Notes: a model not told the origin generated them from the letters alone. 64,000 nt of DNA from Mytilus trossulus (GCF_036588685.1 NC_086374.1:35588001-35652000), one strand, 5' to 3'. Shown: positions 14,801-28,882, counted from the first letter of the stretch. Numbers and translations are program-made.

Positions 14801-15946
14801 AAGAATAAAAAATGAATGAATGCTTAAAAAAGAATATTCTATACATATACCATGTACATTGTACTAAACAAAACGGTTAATCGATTTGAATCGTGCTAAA
14901 ATACATGTATATCTTTTATTGATTCTTGACATAATTCTACAGATAATCAATTCTAGAAACGTAAGTATTTCACAATGATAGTATTATAATATAAATGCTT
15001 GGTCAGTACTGTAAAACTGTATAAACTGTCTCATTTGAGAGCCTATAATTGATATTTATAGATATACGAGACAAGACACTATTACTAAACATAGAGTATA
15101 GGAATCTTAGTGACAAAGGGTGTTCGTGAGAATTAAAGCCTTGAATGAATTCTCTTACAGATAACGAATGCTCTTCTATATGTTACACGTCGATATTTCA
15201 ACACCAATATTCAAATGTCATGAACATGCATGAAATATATGCCACTGGACATAAAGCAAACACCAATCAATTAAATTTAAAATTTAGAATTCGCAAAAGG
15301 CAGTTCCTGTTTAAAAGACCTACTATTACTTATGATGATTATTCTTTTTTTTTTATATCTAGCTATACGTTCTTTGCTGAGAATAAACAATTGTTCATAC
15401 CAATTGCGGATGAATATAAGAGCGGAGTATCTGAGAATAAGATATCTTTTCGACGGTACAGATAGCCAATATTAACCAACATATTATCATACAACCATAT
15501 ATATAGTTCTTCATACATTGCATTCACATGCTGTGGTTCATACGGGTAAATAGTATAAGAAGCACTTCCTTATGGATTCTATTGAATGCACAGTATAACA
15601 ATCTATCCGTCATAAAAGCGTGCGTATTTTCAAGTGGATTGTTGACACACTTTTAAAGTACTAAATCTGATGTTAATACTTTAAAGACACTTACTCTTTT
15701 AAGAAACACGGTGTATTTGGCAAACTATTTAAAACTGTTATGATTTATTTATTGCAATATATAAATGACAAAATCAGACAACTCACTAAATGTGGGTGTA
15801 CATTTGTAAATATTTATGCTTGTATACCTTAAAAAGGAACACACCGGGTACTGAAGGTATTCTTAGGAATAAAAAATGTGTTCTTGAATTTCGAATGAAT
15901 TCTATGGATGTCATTTAGGAAAGTAAGCATTTCATCATTGACAATT

Positions 15947-16894
15947 TTAGCACTCCTCTTCTTCGTCTTCTTTTGTATATGCTACCGCAAGCTCGTCAGG
16001 GGGTCTCAATTCAACCTGAAAGTTATGTGCTTTCCCTTCTTTGGCAAGTTTAGTTTTATATAATTGAAACGAAGCACCCAGCGAAAGTGCCATTTTTCTT
16101 GCATTGGTAGAGGAATCACACAGATAACCATGACATTCCATTTTTTTTGTTCTCGATGATAGTTCACTGACGACAATAAATGTAAATACTTTCCAGAATT
16201 TCATATCCTGAACTCCATATGATATGAAATCTATTGGTATATTCCCGAACGTTACGCCATTTTTAATACGATTTCCTTGATGTTCCTTCACGTCTATTCC
16301 CTTGTTAGAAATCACAACATATACCAGAGGTAGTTCGACTGTTTCATTTGCTAGTAAAGTCTTTTTGACCTTACCCACTAATTCATCAACTGGCTTGCGG
16401 ACATAATGTAAACCGTACACTCCTTTAACATCCCTTTTACCCAAGTATTTACACACAAACAGCTGAGGTAGTCTGTCAATTTTAATGTCCGATAGTTTTG
16501 TTGAATCTAATTTTGGGACTACAGTATTAGGATCAGGTTGCTTTGGTTTATCAAATTTAGTCAGTTTCTTCAATTTTGAAAACACGGATTTCTTTGGTTC
16601 TTTCGGAACCTTTCTGCCATTTTCTTTCCGTTCACTAATTTTCGTCTTATCGTTTGACTTAACACTAGAACTGTCACTTTTCTTGTCGGATATTTCATCG
16701 CTTTTTAAGGAACAATCACCTACAGATCCAGTTTCTGGAGTACCGTCATCATTTTCGTCTTCATCGATACTATAATCAGCATTCAAAGCTATATTATCCA
16801 AACGGTCTATAGCTTCTTTGAAGCTTGTATCCATGTCCGAGACATCAATTATGTCTTCAGGTAAGGCAGTAGCTCCAAGCACCTGTTCCGACAT
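15947..16894 (-). CDS. PTB/PID (phosphotyrosine-interaction) domain adaptor protein, single coding exon, ~315 aa
   Basis: Acidic, low-complexity N-terminus followed by a PID-like core: FVCKYLG...LVYVVISNKGIDV...IDFISYGVQD...VFTFIV...ECHGYLCDS..NARKMALSLGASFQ. First ATG is at 16894 (the ORF track starts at GTG 16900). Confidence 0.85.
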   Translation of the reverse strand: MSEQVLGATALPEDIIDVSDMDTSFKEAIDRLDNIALNADYSIDEDENDDGTPETGSVGDCSLKSDEISDKKSDSSSVKSNDKTKISERKENGRKVPKEPKKSVFSKLKKLTKFDKPKQPDPNTVVPKLDSTKLSDIKIDRLPQLFVCKYLGKRDVKGVYGLHYVRKPVDELVGKVKKTLLANETVELPLVYVVISNKGIDVKEHQGNRIKNGVTFGNIPIDFISYGVQDMKFWKVFTFIVVSELSSRTKKMECHGYLCDSSTNARKMALSLGASFQLYKTKLAKEGKAHNFQVELRPPDELAVAYTKEDEEEEC

Positions 16895-18729
16895 TTTCAC
16901 TATAAGTAAGTTAATCAGAAATGTTTAACACCTGTTCTTCCTGTATCATAGTTTGTCTTACTGATATCTTTATCACAAAAGATAAACAAATTGAGCATCA
17001 GAAAACATTTAGAGAAGATTGTAATGCGCTTACCTACGAACTCGTTCACACAGGTAAAATATGTTATGTTATGACTTTGTAATCGATTCATTCAGGTAAC
17101 AATTGGAATTTTAAAAGAGGTTCTTTAAGGTAATCAAATTTATGGTAAAAGGTATTCTATTTGTATATAAATATTAACTGTAATTGGGGGATAAAACAAA
17201 GTGTTACAGACTTAAACAAGAGATCTGAGTATGTAGATATTTGATTTTTCATGTAAGTGTTTACTTTTAATAATCCCTATAAGCACTGGAGATTACGTGA
17301 TGAAGTAATTCTAAGTTTTAAAAATATTTAAAGAGGAGCATCTAAATTTTAAAACAGAAATATAGCTAGTTTTCATCTGTCTATAAGCACTGAAAAGAGT
17401 CTATTCAACAAAATGTTTAACACAAAATAATCAATACAGATGTAACTTAATTGTAAGTACATTTATATTTTACAGGGCTGTCTTTACATATCCTTATATA
17501 CTTCGTTTCGTCTGAATAAAAGTTACATAATCCTAGATTGAAGTTATCCACTTATAACTAAAAAGCCTGAAGAATCCATCTTGTACATAGATTTTAGGTA
17601 TATTGATATCTTATAGACTTTACATCCCCAGTGTCATTTTTATATATTGAAAGCTTTGTCAGTGATTGATATTCTTTACAAGCAAACAAATCAATTCTGC
17701 ATGTCTCAAAGTTTGCAGTTCACGGTATTTTAGATTTCTGGCTCGTTGAAGTACTAATAAGCTCCTGAGACAGGCATGGGATCTTAAAAGATTTTTTTTC
17801 TGTTTTCAGTCCACATAAGTGACTTGAAGTTGTCCTCCCTCTTAATTTCTTTCTAGTAAACTGTTGTTGGGTATTTAAAAGATTATTATAATTCATCCGC
17901 ATCTAAATTACTAGGCGAGTCTAAAATTCGAAGTGAGAAAATTGTAAAATTATTCAAGCCTTCCAAAATTGTGTTTGAATAAGATGATATAAACTGGACA
18001 CTTTAGTGCAGAAATGTCATTTGTGACGTCAATATGATATCCTATGCGTGTCGAAAGTGACCAAGTCCTGAAATGAGCATTTTACACGATTTTGGGCACT
18101 TTTGCATCTTTGAAAACAGCAAAATATGCTTAAATTTTCTAGTTTCAATTTTGCAATAAATGCAAGAAGTTTGTAGAAACCATGTCATTAATCAAATATT
18201 TCAGACAAAATGAAAAAAATAAATAAAAAAAATATACTGGTGTGTCGTCGACTAATAACTTATGAACATCTAAAGGATGCCATTGGGAACTTTTATATAA
18301 CATTTAAGTTTACTTTTTTTAAAGTCAAGGGGAGAGAATAGTAACCTTTTCATCAATACCTTCTCCTTTTTGTCATTCTCATTCATGCATCATTTAAAAA
18401 TATAAAAATACGTTTTTTTTTGACAATTCAGAATTTAAAATAAGGATGACACCGATACATTAACCGGAATGCAGATTATAGAAAAACGAAGATAAAAAAC
18501 TTCGTTATTATATTATGTGATATTTTTGGCAAGTTCATTTCCGATTGTACCCTGATCTTTCATGGTAAATATACACTTACAATTTCTTCATTTACCTCAT
18601 TTTAATCCTGTGAGCAGCATAAATGTTCACACACAAATATAACTATGTAAATAAACAATTGGCAAATGTGATCTGGTACAAAAATGCAATACTTAAATCT
18701 GATTTTGTTTAAATAGCTTTCAAATTACG

Positions 18730-21475
18730 CCAAGATAGTCACAAATATTGTTTCACATTTGGATATTAAATATGCAATAAAGGTTTTGATTTTGTAAATA
18801 TTGCCGGTATTTTTAACGACCTTTCTGTTAAAGAACGAATTCCTGGATATTTTGATAATACTGAACTCCCTCTTATTTGTTATATTTACAAGAAACCTAT
18901 CCGGAAATATGTGTTTAATTATAGCCAATTCTGTAAAGATGTAAATATCATGGTAAAAATACACCTATGTCATGCAACTGCAGTAATTCCAAATACACTT
19001 ATGGCCATAATTTCCCATGTCATAACAGGAAACCTTAACATCGTTCGCGGCCGAGAGTTAAAATCATTCTTCAGTAAAGGACATAAATATCGTCCCCCGT
19101 CAATTATTAATTGGAATGAGTGTCGTAATATCATCAAAACTCACTCCGTGCCTACTGTTTGAAATGGTTAAAACGGGAAAAAGCTGACAAAAAAATTCTT
19201 TGGACTCTTTTTTTAATTGTGTAATTATGATAGTTGATATTCGAACACCACATTTTAAAGAACATTTTACTCTTAACAACAACCATATTAAAAAGCCTAT
19301 TTCGCGTATCAAACATACACTTAAAGAACTAGCCAAGGAATTTGTTTGTGTCCCGGATGATAAAGCTGCTAATAATTTCATTATTGCTTTACGTAAATTT
19401 AATATTGAGGTTCTGCAAAAGGAAATCACGAATTCACCAACGTAACAACTGACTTCATTTTCAGAAAACGACGTCTGTAACAAACACAAACTTTTAGCTA
19501 CTTCTTTACAAGCAGAGCCAAATACTAGTACAATGAAAGTCCCAACTATGTACTGGCTTCCAATGCTACACAACACATCTTACAAATATAGATTTATTTC
19601 ATCTTCAAGCCATTGTTCCACTACTAAATTGTTTATTCTACTTACTAGTACACTTGGTCCAAAAAAAAACCTGATAATAAATTGTTCAAATAAGGCCTTT
19701 GAAAATAGTGGAATTAATTTTTTTTGGAGTGTCAAAAACTCGTTGTAAGTACTTGATAAATTGCATGCATACATTGGTGATTTTGGATCTGTTCAAAGTT
19801 TTGATTTTTCTACCCTATATACCACTTTGCCTCATATTCTTATTAAGATTCTTATCAAGAAGAAAATCACATCCCTAATTAACTAGGCATTTAAAAAGTC
19901 AGAATGCGAGTATATATCTTCAAACTCTTTCAGGTCTTTTTTAGTAGCAATAAACAAAAGAACTATGTCAATTGGACATGCTTTGATACTATATATGCGT
20001 TTGGATATTTACTTGATAACATCTTTGTTCGCTTTGGAGATGCCGTATATCGTCAAGTTATTGGAATTTCAATGGGGACTAACTGTGCACCACTTATTAA
20101 GGACCTGTTTTTGTATTGTTATATATTACAATTTATGACTAAAATTAGCAAAGACCCATCGAAACAACATTTGATACAAAAATTTAACAATACTTTTAGA
20201 TATTTTGATGATATATTAGCTCTCAATAATGACGACTTTAGTATGTATACTAAAGAAATTCATTCTGTTGAACTTACTTTAAATAAAGCTAATACTAACA
20301 ATGACCACTACCCTTTCCTCGATCTTGATATATATATCTATATCATTAATGAAGCTTTATACAAAAAAATATGATAAAAGAGATGATTTTCGTTAATTAT
20401 TCATTTTTAGATGGTGACGTTCCCTTGTCACCATCTTATGGTGTTTACATAGCTCAACTTGTACGATTCACTCCTGTATGTAACAACGTATTAGATTTTA
20501 GCGAAAAAAGTTTATGTATTACTGAAAAATTATTACACCAGGGTTTTCGATATCACAAACTAGTCAAAACGTTTACTAAATTTTATCATCGGTATAAGGA
20601 AATAATTCGTAAATATAACTCAACATGCAGACGTCTTAAACGTTCAGGTATTTCACATCCAATCTTTTAAGGTCATATTCTTTACAAAGCACAAACATGT
20701 CAGTATTAACCCCAAAAGCTTACAAAACCTTTAAACAGACTTATTAAGAAGGGATATAGTTACGATACTGTTGTCAGGTCATTAAAGATTGCATATTTTA
20801 GCTTTAATATTGATTCACTTATAGGGTCTTTGCATCGCAACTTAACACATTTATTTAAAAAAAAAACAGTTGTTGGCATGACATGGGTTATGTTATTCTC
20901 ATATATTTTATGATAGTATGATACTAAACCCCTAACTGGAGGAATTGTGACTGATATTCATATGATGAAGACATAATCTTTCAATCACTTTAATTGAGGT
21001 CTGGAGCTGGCATGTCAGTTAACTGCTAGTAGTCTGTTGTTATTTATGTATTATTATCATTTTTTTTGGTTACATCTTCTGACATCGGACTCGGACTTCT
21101 TTTGAACTGAATTTGTGTATGGTTATACGTTTACCTTTTTACATTGGCTGGATGTATAGGGGAGGGTTGAGATCTTATACACATGTTTAACCTCGCCGCA
21201 ATTTTGCGCCTGTCCCAAGTTAGGAGCATCTGGCCTTTGTTAGTCTTGTATGATTTTCAGTTTTAGTATCTTGTGTTTAATTCGGATTGTAGTATGACGT
21301 CCATTATCACTGCAAAATAGTATACATATTTTTAAGAGCCAGCTGAAGGACGCCTACGGGTGGGGGAGTTTCTCGCTACATTGAAGACCCTTTGGTGGCC
21401 TTCGGCTGTTGTCTGCTCTATGGTCGGTTAATTGTCGCTTTGACACATTCCCCATTTCCTTTCTCAATTTTATTG
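18730..21475 (+). mobile_element. Penelope-like retroelement, 5'-truncated, RT pseudogene (~18730-20845) plus 3' non-coding tail
   Basis: Frameshifted and stop-interrupted RT motifs YWLPMLH..YKYRFI, FDFSTLYTTLPH, YRQVIGISMGTNCAPLI, FRYFDDIL, PFLDL, SYGVYIAQLVRF. Confidence 0.85.
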
Positions 21476-22509
21476 ATATCTAATAATTATTTTCTACCTC
21501 TAAAATTATAATTAATGTTTTTTTTTCGAAGTCAGTTAGTTCATAAATAAGATCACAATGTTGACATGTCCGTCTTCATGTGCATTTGACACAAATGATA
21601 ACGGTCCTCATATGCATTTCACATAAATGATAAAGCTGTGTCACAATGTCAACTTGACTTTTGATTAGTAAAATAAGGTGCAAAGTGTTAAATCTAAATC
21701 AACAAAAGAATAAGATGAATGACAGTCGTGTAACTATCGTTCAGTCGTAAATATTGTATGTTGAACCAGCTGTCTATTTACTAATTTACTATTTATCCCG
21801 CCTAGACAAGCTAAAACTTTATTTCAGAATGGTTCTTGCCTCTGATGGGAATATGCCAATTGACTTACCTGCATACCGAAGTTACCCTTTCCTTATTCAA
21901 TGATAGATGACTTGCCATAGTTACGTTGTCGAAAATGTCGCTCACTATAGAAGATGTGTATGTATCCAACATACATGCGAATACCGATTCCTCCTAAAGT
22001 ATCATTAAATGATTGTTTGTTTAATGATATGCATTTCTGCCATCTAATTTCGAATCAAAGGAATGTAAAAAAAACTAACTTTTATCGACAAATTATACAT
22101 TACAGGATTACACTCAACAAATACGTGTGTTGGTTTTGTTACCCTAATTATAGGGGTAAAGTTATTTTAAAGAAGTTAATACATGTTATATAGGGTAGCA
22201 ATGCTGTAATAAAGTACAAATAATATAACAAAACACCTGAACATATTATCTTGGGCACTAATAGTGGGATTTAAAAGACAGCTTTAATATAATGACTTAG
22301 AATTAAAACTCCAACTAAAAGTTTTATCATTTCAATGTGCAGATAAGAATTAGACACAACGCTTTTGATTTAAAATAGTTAATATAATGGGGGGGAAAAC
22401 CGAAAATCCATCTGAATAACAACTGGATTTAAGCCTTAATTACATGTATTTCAAAAATATAAATATTTTTTCACCAATTATTTATCAAAACTGACATGAC
22501 GAAACTTGG

Positions 22510-25110
22510 CAATGTTAAAGAATAAAGTGCTAGACGAAAGGAAAACTCCGAGGAATAACAGACCACCAGCATAGTAATCCAGCAATACACCTATATGTAA
22601 ATGAAAACTATACACTCATGTACTGCTAATGTTTTGTCGTCTCCTGCATGGAAACATGGTCAAAACTATATTTGTGGAAAAAAAACAGATTTCGTAAAAA
22701 AATATATGTAATTAAATGTCAATCTATGAAATATCAATATAAATTATTACATGAAAATATATGACAATAACACTTTATTTTCGCGTGTCCTAAATGTTTT
22801 TCTGGATGGATCTTTATGAGGAACGCCCAAAAAATTGGAATACAAAGATGTATGAATATCTGGATACTTGAGAAGCTATATCACCAGAAAGGACATACAA
22901 AAAATTGTTAACGTGCAAGTTCAACTTTGCCTGAAGGAGTTATTTATTTCTCGACACAGAGAATTGAAAAAAAATGTTATGAATCATGCCATTAATACAT
23001 AAGAAATTTAGCTGAACTGATGATACCCTCTGGATTAACAGTCCACCAGTAGCGGTATTAAATCACTGCTTAAAAATGAAAATAACACTTGATATCATTA
23101 TGTAATACATTATGTCCGTTCGAAGCGATATTCTCAATCAACCGTCATCCAAAACACAAAACGGAAAATATAGAATGGCAATAGCAAAAACTCAAACACG
23201 TCAAACGAAGGGAAAACATATGTCATATTTCTGGCTTGGTACTGTCAGGCATTTACAAAAGATAGAATGCCAAAAAAAAAGGTTGTATTACGGTTTTTCT
23301 TTCATTTATTGTTATATATGATCAAGGGCCACCCATATATACTTAAAGTCATAAGAAACGAGTGACCGGTGAAAAATAATGTTCTTCCAATTTTTGAACC
23401 AATGCATACAAACATCATAAACTTAGTCTTCTGTGCACGTAATTTATCATATTTTCGTGTAAATTTCGTATGATCGTCAATTTTTTTTTTCAATCGGTCA
23501 GTGTTGTTGTGAAAATATGGCAGGTAATTAAAGTTCGTTTTTTGAAGCCGAGGTTTAACGATGTTCACCTGTTTGTCAACAATCGACAAAAAATAAACAA
23601 AAAAGCATGGAACGAGAGCACGTGTTTAACATGTAAATTCAGATAATAGTTTATTTTAAGGACATTCATGCGTATTGTGACCACCGGATTTTTACGAGAT
23701 GGGTCACACTGAGGTCACTTTGCATACGGAGAATATATCGGGGGAATTGCTTGCTGGAAGGAAGCAATTAAAATAAAGTACACTTCTTCTAAATATGAAT
23801 AAGTTAAAGAATTTTCTTCAGAAAAAAGTATATGTACATAAGTTTTATAATGAAAACTATCCATTGAGTTATTAAAAACATATGCATTATTTTTTTTTAT
23901 TTGAGGTTTCTTATGACTTTAACAAAGAAATGGTCAAAAACGAACTTTGCTTCAATTTTGGAACGAGAAACAACATAATAAATACTGATGAGTATCGGTT
24001 ATGAAGTTGTTGCGCAGAAAGGATCGGAGCCAACTTTCAGTCTGAGTGTGCGTGACATTTTTGTGAATTTATTCAACTTTTTTCCTAAACAAAATATTAG
24101 AAAATAATTGTCAATGTTAAAGAATAAAGTGCTAGACTAAAGGACAACCCCGAGGAATAACAGACCACCAGCATAGTAATCCAGCAAAAGGCATTTATGT
24201 AAATGAAAATTATACACTCATGACTGTTTATGTTTTTTCGTCTCCTGCAGGGGAACATGGTCAAAAGTATATTTAGAAGAAAAAAGATTTAGTAAAAACA
24301 AAAATAAAATGTGAATCTATGAAATATCAATGCCATTTATAAAATGACAATATACGAAGACAACACTGGATTTCGGCTCGTCATAAATTCGCAATAATTT
24401 TTATTGAGAACGCCAAAAAAATTGAAACACAAAGATGCATAAAAACCTGAATACTTGAGAAGCTATGTAAACAGAAAGGACATAAAAAGAATTGCCAAAT
24501 TCGTGCAGGGTTAATTTTGCCTGAAGGAGTTGGAACCTAAGTTTCTAAATAATTTCTTATTTTTCAACGCAGAGATTGAAAAAAAGGATTTTATAAATCA
24601 TTTCATTACCTAAGTATTTTTATTGAATTGATGATATACCTCTGGGTTAACAGTCCACCTGACCGTCAGCAGTATATTGAATCACTGCTTAAAAATGAAA
24701 ATAACACTTTATTCATTATGTGTGTTCGAAGCGCTTTTCTCAATTAACCGTCATCTAAAATTCAAAACTGAAAGTTTCTCAATTATCAAATAGCAATACC
24801 AAAAGCTCAAACACATCAAACGAAGGGATTTTTTCCCCCTTTTCTTGACATGGTTCTGTCAGATTCACAATAGAAAAACTGTAAAAATGACTGTATCACG
24901 GGTTATATTAATACATTTCTTGTTATAATAAGTCAAGGGTCATATATACTGTTCTGCATGCGAGGTCGTTGTCAAAATCGAATTTCGTTTCAATTTTAAA
25001 ATGAGAAACAACATGATAATTACTGAAAAGGATTGGTTATAAAGTTACTGCACAGAAACGGTTGACGAGTGGGCATGACATTTTTGTGAATTATTTAGTT
25101 TTGTTTTTTT
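22510..25110. repeat. Local tandem duplication of a ~1-kb non-coding unit
   Basis: aatgttaaagaataaagtgctagac...cagaccaccagcatagtaatccagcaa occurs at 22511 and 24113 and stays colinear for ~830 bp; 23950-24090 matches 24990-25110. Confidence 0.85.
23347..23918. mobile_element. TTAA-target MITE (Kolobok/piggyBac-type ends)
   Basis: ttaa|agtcataagaaac ... gtttcttatgact|ttaa terminal inverted repeats; absent from the duplicate unit. Confidence 0.8.
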
Positions 25111-25289
25111 TCTAATCAAAACATATATTTTTTATACCCTTTCCCTTCCACGATATTTGTGACAATTTAAGAAGAATCTATGACCGCAGTCAACAAAGGG
25201 AAACTGGTTTCCTAATATAATATTCACAGTTCTAAAAAAAATAAATGAACTAAACATTATAATATATATAACCTGAATGCATATAAAAA

Positions 25290-25870
25290 CTAGAACACAC
25301 CCGTGATATCGCGGGTCCGTGACTGGAGTATTTTTTTAATCAAATCAACAGCATTGTCCTATATTAGTTATATAAATAAAGTTTAATTCTTTGATTCGCT
25401 GTTTTACTTCATGTCAGCTAACAAATTTAAAACTGTGCCATTACGCCTTATTTTAAGTCGAGATTTTTAGTATTCGTATTGTCATCTTAGAAAGTCTTAC
25501 TGATTAAAATGCTACCAAAGGGAACAATTTGACTGATTGAATTTAGAAGCGTCAACCCTGTGATTTTGACCCGTGTATATAGCAAAATCCGAAATACTGC
25601 GTTTGGTGGTGCGCCTGTCAGATGCAGAACGTATGTAGATAAAGTAATCGGTTACAGGTGAATGCACTATTGGTATCGGTATCGGATTCGACCCGGAACC
25701 GGGAATTATTGACAATATTAATTATGTGGAAAACAAAAGGGCTGGAGTGGTGTAATTTTTAATCAACACCATTGTCCTATATTGGCTATATATAAAATTG
25801 AATTCTTTGATTTGTCGTTTTAACCCGATGACGGCTGACAAATTGGACCTCGTTATTTTAGTATTATAGA
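25290..25870 (-). mobile_element. Non-autonomous Helitron-like element
   Basis: Minus strand ends acccgcgatatcacgggt (hairpin) gtgttCTAG|t; an internal repeated block (25325-25470 ~ 25742-25865). The far boundary is approximate. Confidence 0.6.
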
Positions 25871-25967
25871 TACTATTCTTTATAACCGTACACATACAAA
25901 ATACCAAATTATCTTGCATTGTTTTATAAGCTTCGTGGACGGATAAAAAAAATGAAGAACCTCAATC

Positions 25968-26245
25968 CTAGGTCCTTTTGTAAGTAATAACATACTCTGG
26001 ATAGCACATATTTAGTTCATAAACAAGAAATTCTCGGAAATTCCAGTGTCCGTCCACAACAACGGAATCATAGAACCAGTTCCCGGCTTGATCATGTGAC
26101 CTGTCACTACAGCGATCGTTTCTGCAGGTTTTACAAGGAGGACGCTGAAAAACTTCTTTGGAATTCAGAACAAACATGTCCCCTAGAAGCATACGCAATA
26201 AAATCATTTTTTTCTCCGACTTTATATCCCTGGATTGTGGTGAAT
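25968..26245 (-). CDS. Claudin-PARP fusion gene A, exon 5 (PARP catalytic C-terminal half, catalytic Glu)
   Basis: Acceptor ttttttgtcag; KMILLRMLLG...RPPCKTCRNDRC....H...YDSV...REFLVYE...CYPEYVITYKRT*. Confidence 0.9.
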
Positions 26246-27826
26246 CTGACAAAAAAAGAAAATATATCACAAATAACACACGTGTTTCTGTTACACGAAA
26301 AGGAATCAAAAAATATTTTGGATAAACGTCAGATAGATATTAACCAAACAACATTTGTTTACCAAACCAGACGTTGGGAGTTCATTATAAGGGTTCAGCG
26401 ATGAGTTTACGCGTTTACAGTTTACATTTAAGGAAGTTCGCTACTCAGTTTCAAAATAATAAGCTTTTCATAACACTAGTATATATTGATACGGGTTTAA
26501 TAAAGGAACCAAAAAAGCAAAAAACATAAATATAGGTGCTTGTTTTCAAGATATTAGCTATTTACATTTTGCGGGAAACTGTTCTTAATTGATTTTTCAT
26601 CGCTTTATCATTGACAAGTTTATGTACTGAAAAACTGTAAAAAACATAACAAAGATTTAATGAATAAAGACAACAGTAGTATACCGCTGTTCAAAACTTA
26701 TAAATCCATGGACAAAAAACAAAATCGGGGTAACAAACAAAAAACCGAGGAAAACGTATTAAATATATAGGAGGAGAACAACGACACAACACTTAAATTC
26801 TACACACACAGAAACGGACAAAGCATCAGACAAAATCCCACGAGAATAACAAATATAACATCAACACCAAATACATGACTTTGGGATAGACAAGTACCGT
26901 GACACGTCTTAGCGCAACGTGAATTTACACTCTAAAGATAAGAGAAAACAAACGACGCAACGTTAAAATGTAACACATAGAGAAACGAACTATAATATAA
27001 CAATGGCCATATTCCTGACTTGGTACAGGACATTTTTTAAGGAAAAACTGGGGGGGGGGGGGGGGGGGGGGGGGTCGAACCTGGTTTTGTGGCATGCCAA
27101 ACCTCCTAATAAGGCTTTTACAGATGGCTTATAATTATACATATGAATGATTTATAAAAAGAAAAGTGATGGTCAATGGGCAACATTTTTTAAGGCATTT
27201 AAATGGAAAAAACAAAGGATTCCAAAAATCTGACAAAAATCTTTAAAACATGACAATCAAACATCATGAAAGATGATAGAATATTTGAAACAATGCTTAT
27301 TTACCAGAAGTCAAGATCCATGAATAGAAGAAGCATGAAAACGATTGACGATTGTTTTTGACATGGAGCAAACACACACACATAACAGGATTAACCTACC
27401 AATTATTTGTTTTTGATACTCAAACCTCCTATAATATAGGTCAAGGGGAAATATGGATTCAGTAAAAATGGACGATATAACTACACTTCAGAAAATCTGT
27501 TCAATTGAACTTGTGAGTTTTGCTATTCTGTCTAGACTTTTTTTTTTTTTTTTTTATATCTGTACCTTTTTTATATTTTGATTTTCAAGAGATTTTGAAT
27601 CGGGAGTACCTGTTGTAGGTTCTAAAAACACTGTTTTATCTCCCTTTACAGTGAGTTCTTCATATAAGTTTTTAGGATGAATCTCCTTTATATTCAATTC
27701 AAAACATTTGATTAAATAAATGAAAACCTTTTACATAAACCCTTAAATATACAGGGAAACAAGCTTATTAGTGGTATCCACATAATAACTAAACCTTAAA
27801 TTATACAGACAATATATGTTCCTCAC

Positions 27827-28477
27827 CTGCATACGAATCGCTCTTGGTACTACTTTCTGCAGCATACACAGCTGGACCAAACATTCCCCTTTTATTTAAT
27901 CTGGCATCTAGGCCTTGAGTAACGATAGCATCAACTATTTCAACAGGCGTACCATGAAAGAGATAATATTCATTTACTGCGGGATACACGTCTCTTAAAA
28001 GTATGTCTTCGGTTGTTGTTATTATCGGCCCTTTTTGAGCCTTGCCTGTCTGTTCCAGCTTATTTAAGACCACTCCTCTACCTACCTTTCGAAAAAGTTT
28101 TGCTCGATTTTCAGCATATTTTTCGAATAATGGAGCATTTTCGACTCGTTCGACTTTGATGACCTGTAGCTTTTTATAGACTAGCGGATCTATACCTTTA
28201 GCATCTCTACCCACCCCAACTAGATCCTCCTTCCAAGTCCTTTGAACAAGTTTATCGATAGCAGTTTTTTCTAATGTTGACGCAGGTACCAGATGAAATA
28301 AGGAAGACGGATTTTGAGCTATCCATTCATCAATTCGTTTTGAATTGTCAAACTTTGTCCAGTACTTTGGAGTTTTTATTGGTCTTTTAGCCAGCCATAA
28401 ATAGTGACTTGGAAGTGATGAGCTTGGTCTAGGTTCTTCCTTTTGGGAAATATAAACAACTTCCACTTTATTTTCTC
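27827..28477 (-). CDS. Claudin-PARP fusion gene A, exon 4 (linker + PARP catalytic N-terminal half)
   Basis: ttttag| ... GCAG|gtgagg, 651 nt, phase 1-1; KVERVEN, NEYYLFHGT, GLDARL..RGMFGPAVYAAESSTKSDSY. Confidence 0.92.
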
Positions 28478-28723
28478 CTAAAATATATTCATTTGCTTAA
28501 GAACTATTTTGTTCATAAATATAATAGAAATTCAAAAACATTTAAAATCCAATAGCATCAAATGCTAGCAGCAGTAATGACGGTTCCTAGATAGCCTAGG
28601 ATACTAAAAATCAAGGCCTGTATTAAGTAACATTTTATTTTCAGTAACTTTGATTGCATGTTCAATAACAACGGCGGTAAAAGTTGAACATGGATAAAAT
28701 ATAAACTTTTGAAGTCATCTCAC

Positions 28724-28882
28724 CTTGATAGCTCATTATTATGATAGCCAAACCTCCACACAAGTACAGGAAAAATGCAATAGTTGCACATGCGAATGAA
28801 CCAGAAAGTCTGTGATCTTTTAGCCAGTCTTCTTTGTGATATGTTCCGCCATATACACTGATACTAATCATTAGTAAAAATG
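28724..28882 (-). CDS. Claudin-PARP fusion gene A, exon 3 (TM3, ECL2, TM4)
   Basis: tttcag| ... CAAG|gtgaga, 159 nt; AFLLMISISVYGGTYHKEDWL...SFACATIAFFLYLCGGLAIIIMSYQ; same length as exon 3 of gene B. Confidence 0.88.

Noticed and set aside
16485-16775. 96-aa Ser/Phe-rich ORF on +
   Set aside because: Antisense shadow of the PTB gene
19100-19576. 158-aa ORF on -
   Set aside because: Antisense to the Penelope-like RT
27050-27074. 25-nt poly-G run as a functional G-quadruplex
   Set aside because: It lies within a dispersed repeat in an intron, and homopolymer length is unreliable
25968-28466. Reading the PARP ORFs as stand-alone genes, a bacterial toxin or a defence operon
   Set aside because: The ORFs are bounded by spliceosomal GT-AG sites conserved between paralogues, and the context is eukaryotic
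27801-28466. Assigning a TNKS or PARP12 gene symbol
   Set aside because: Only the catalytic domain is similar; there are no ankyrin, SAM, WWE or CCCH exons, so orthology is unsupported
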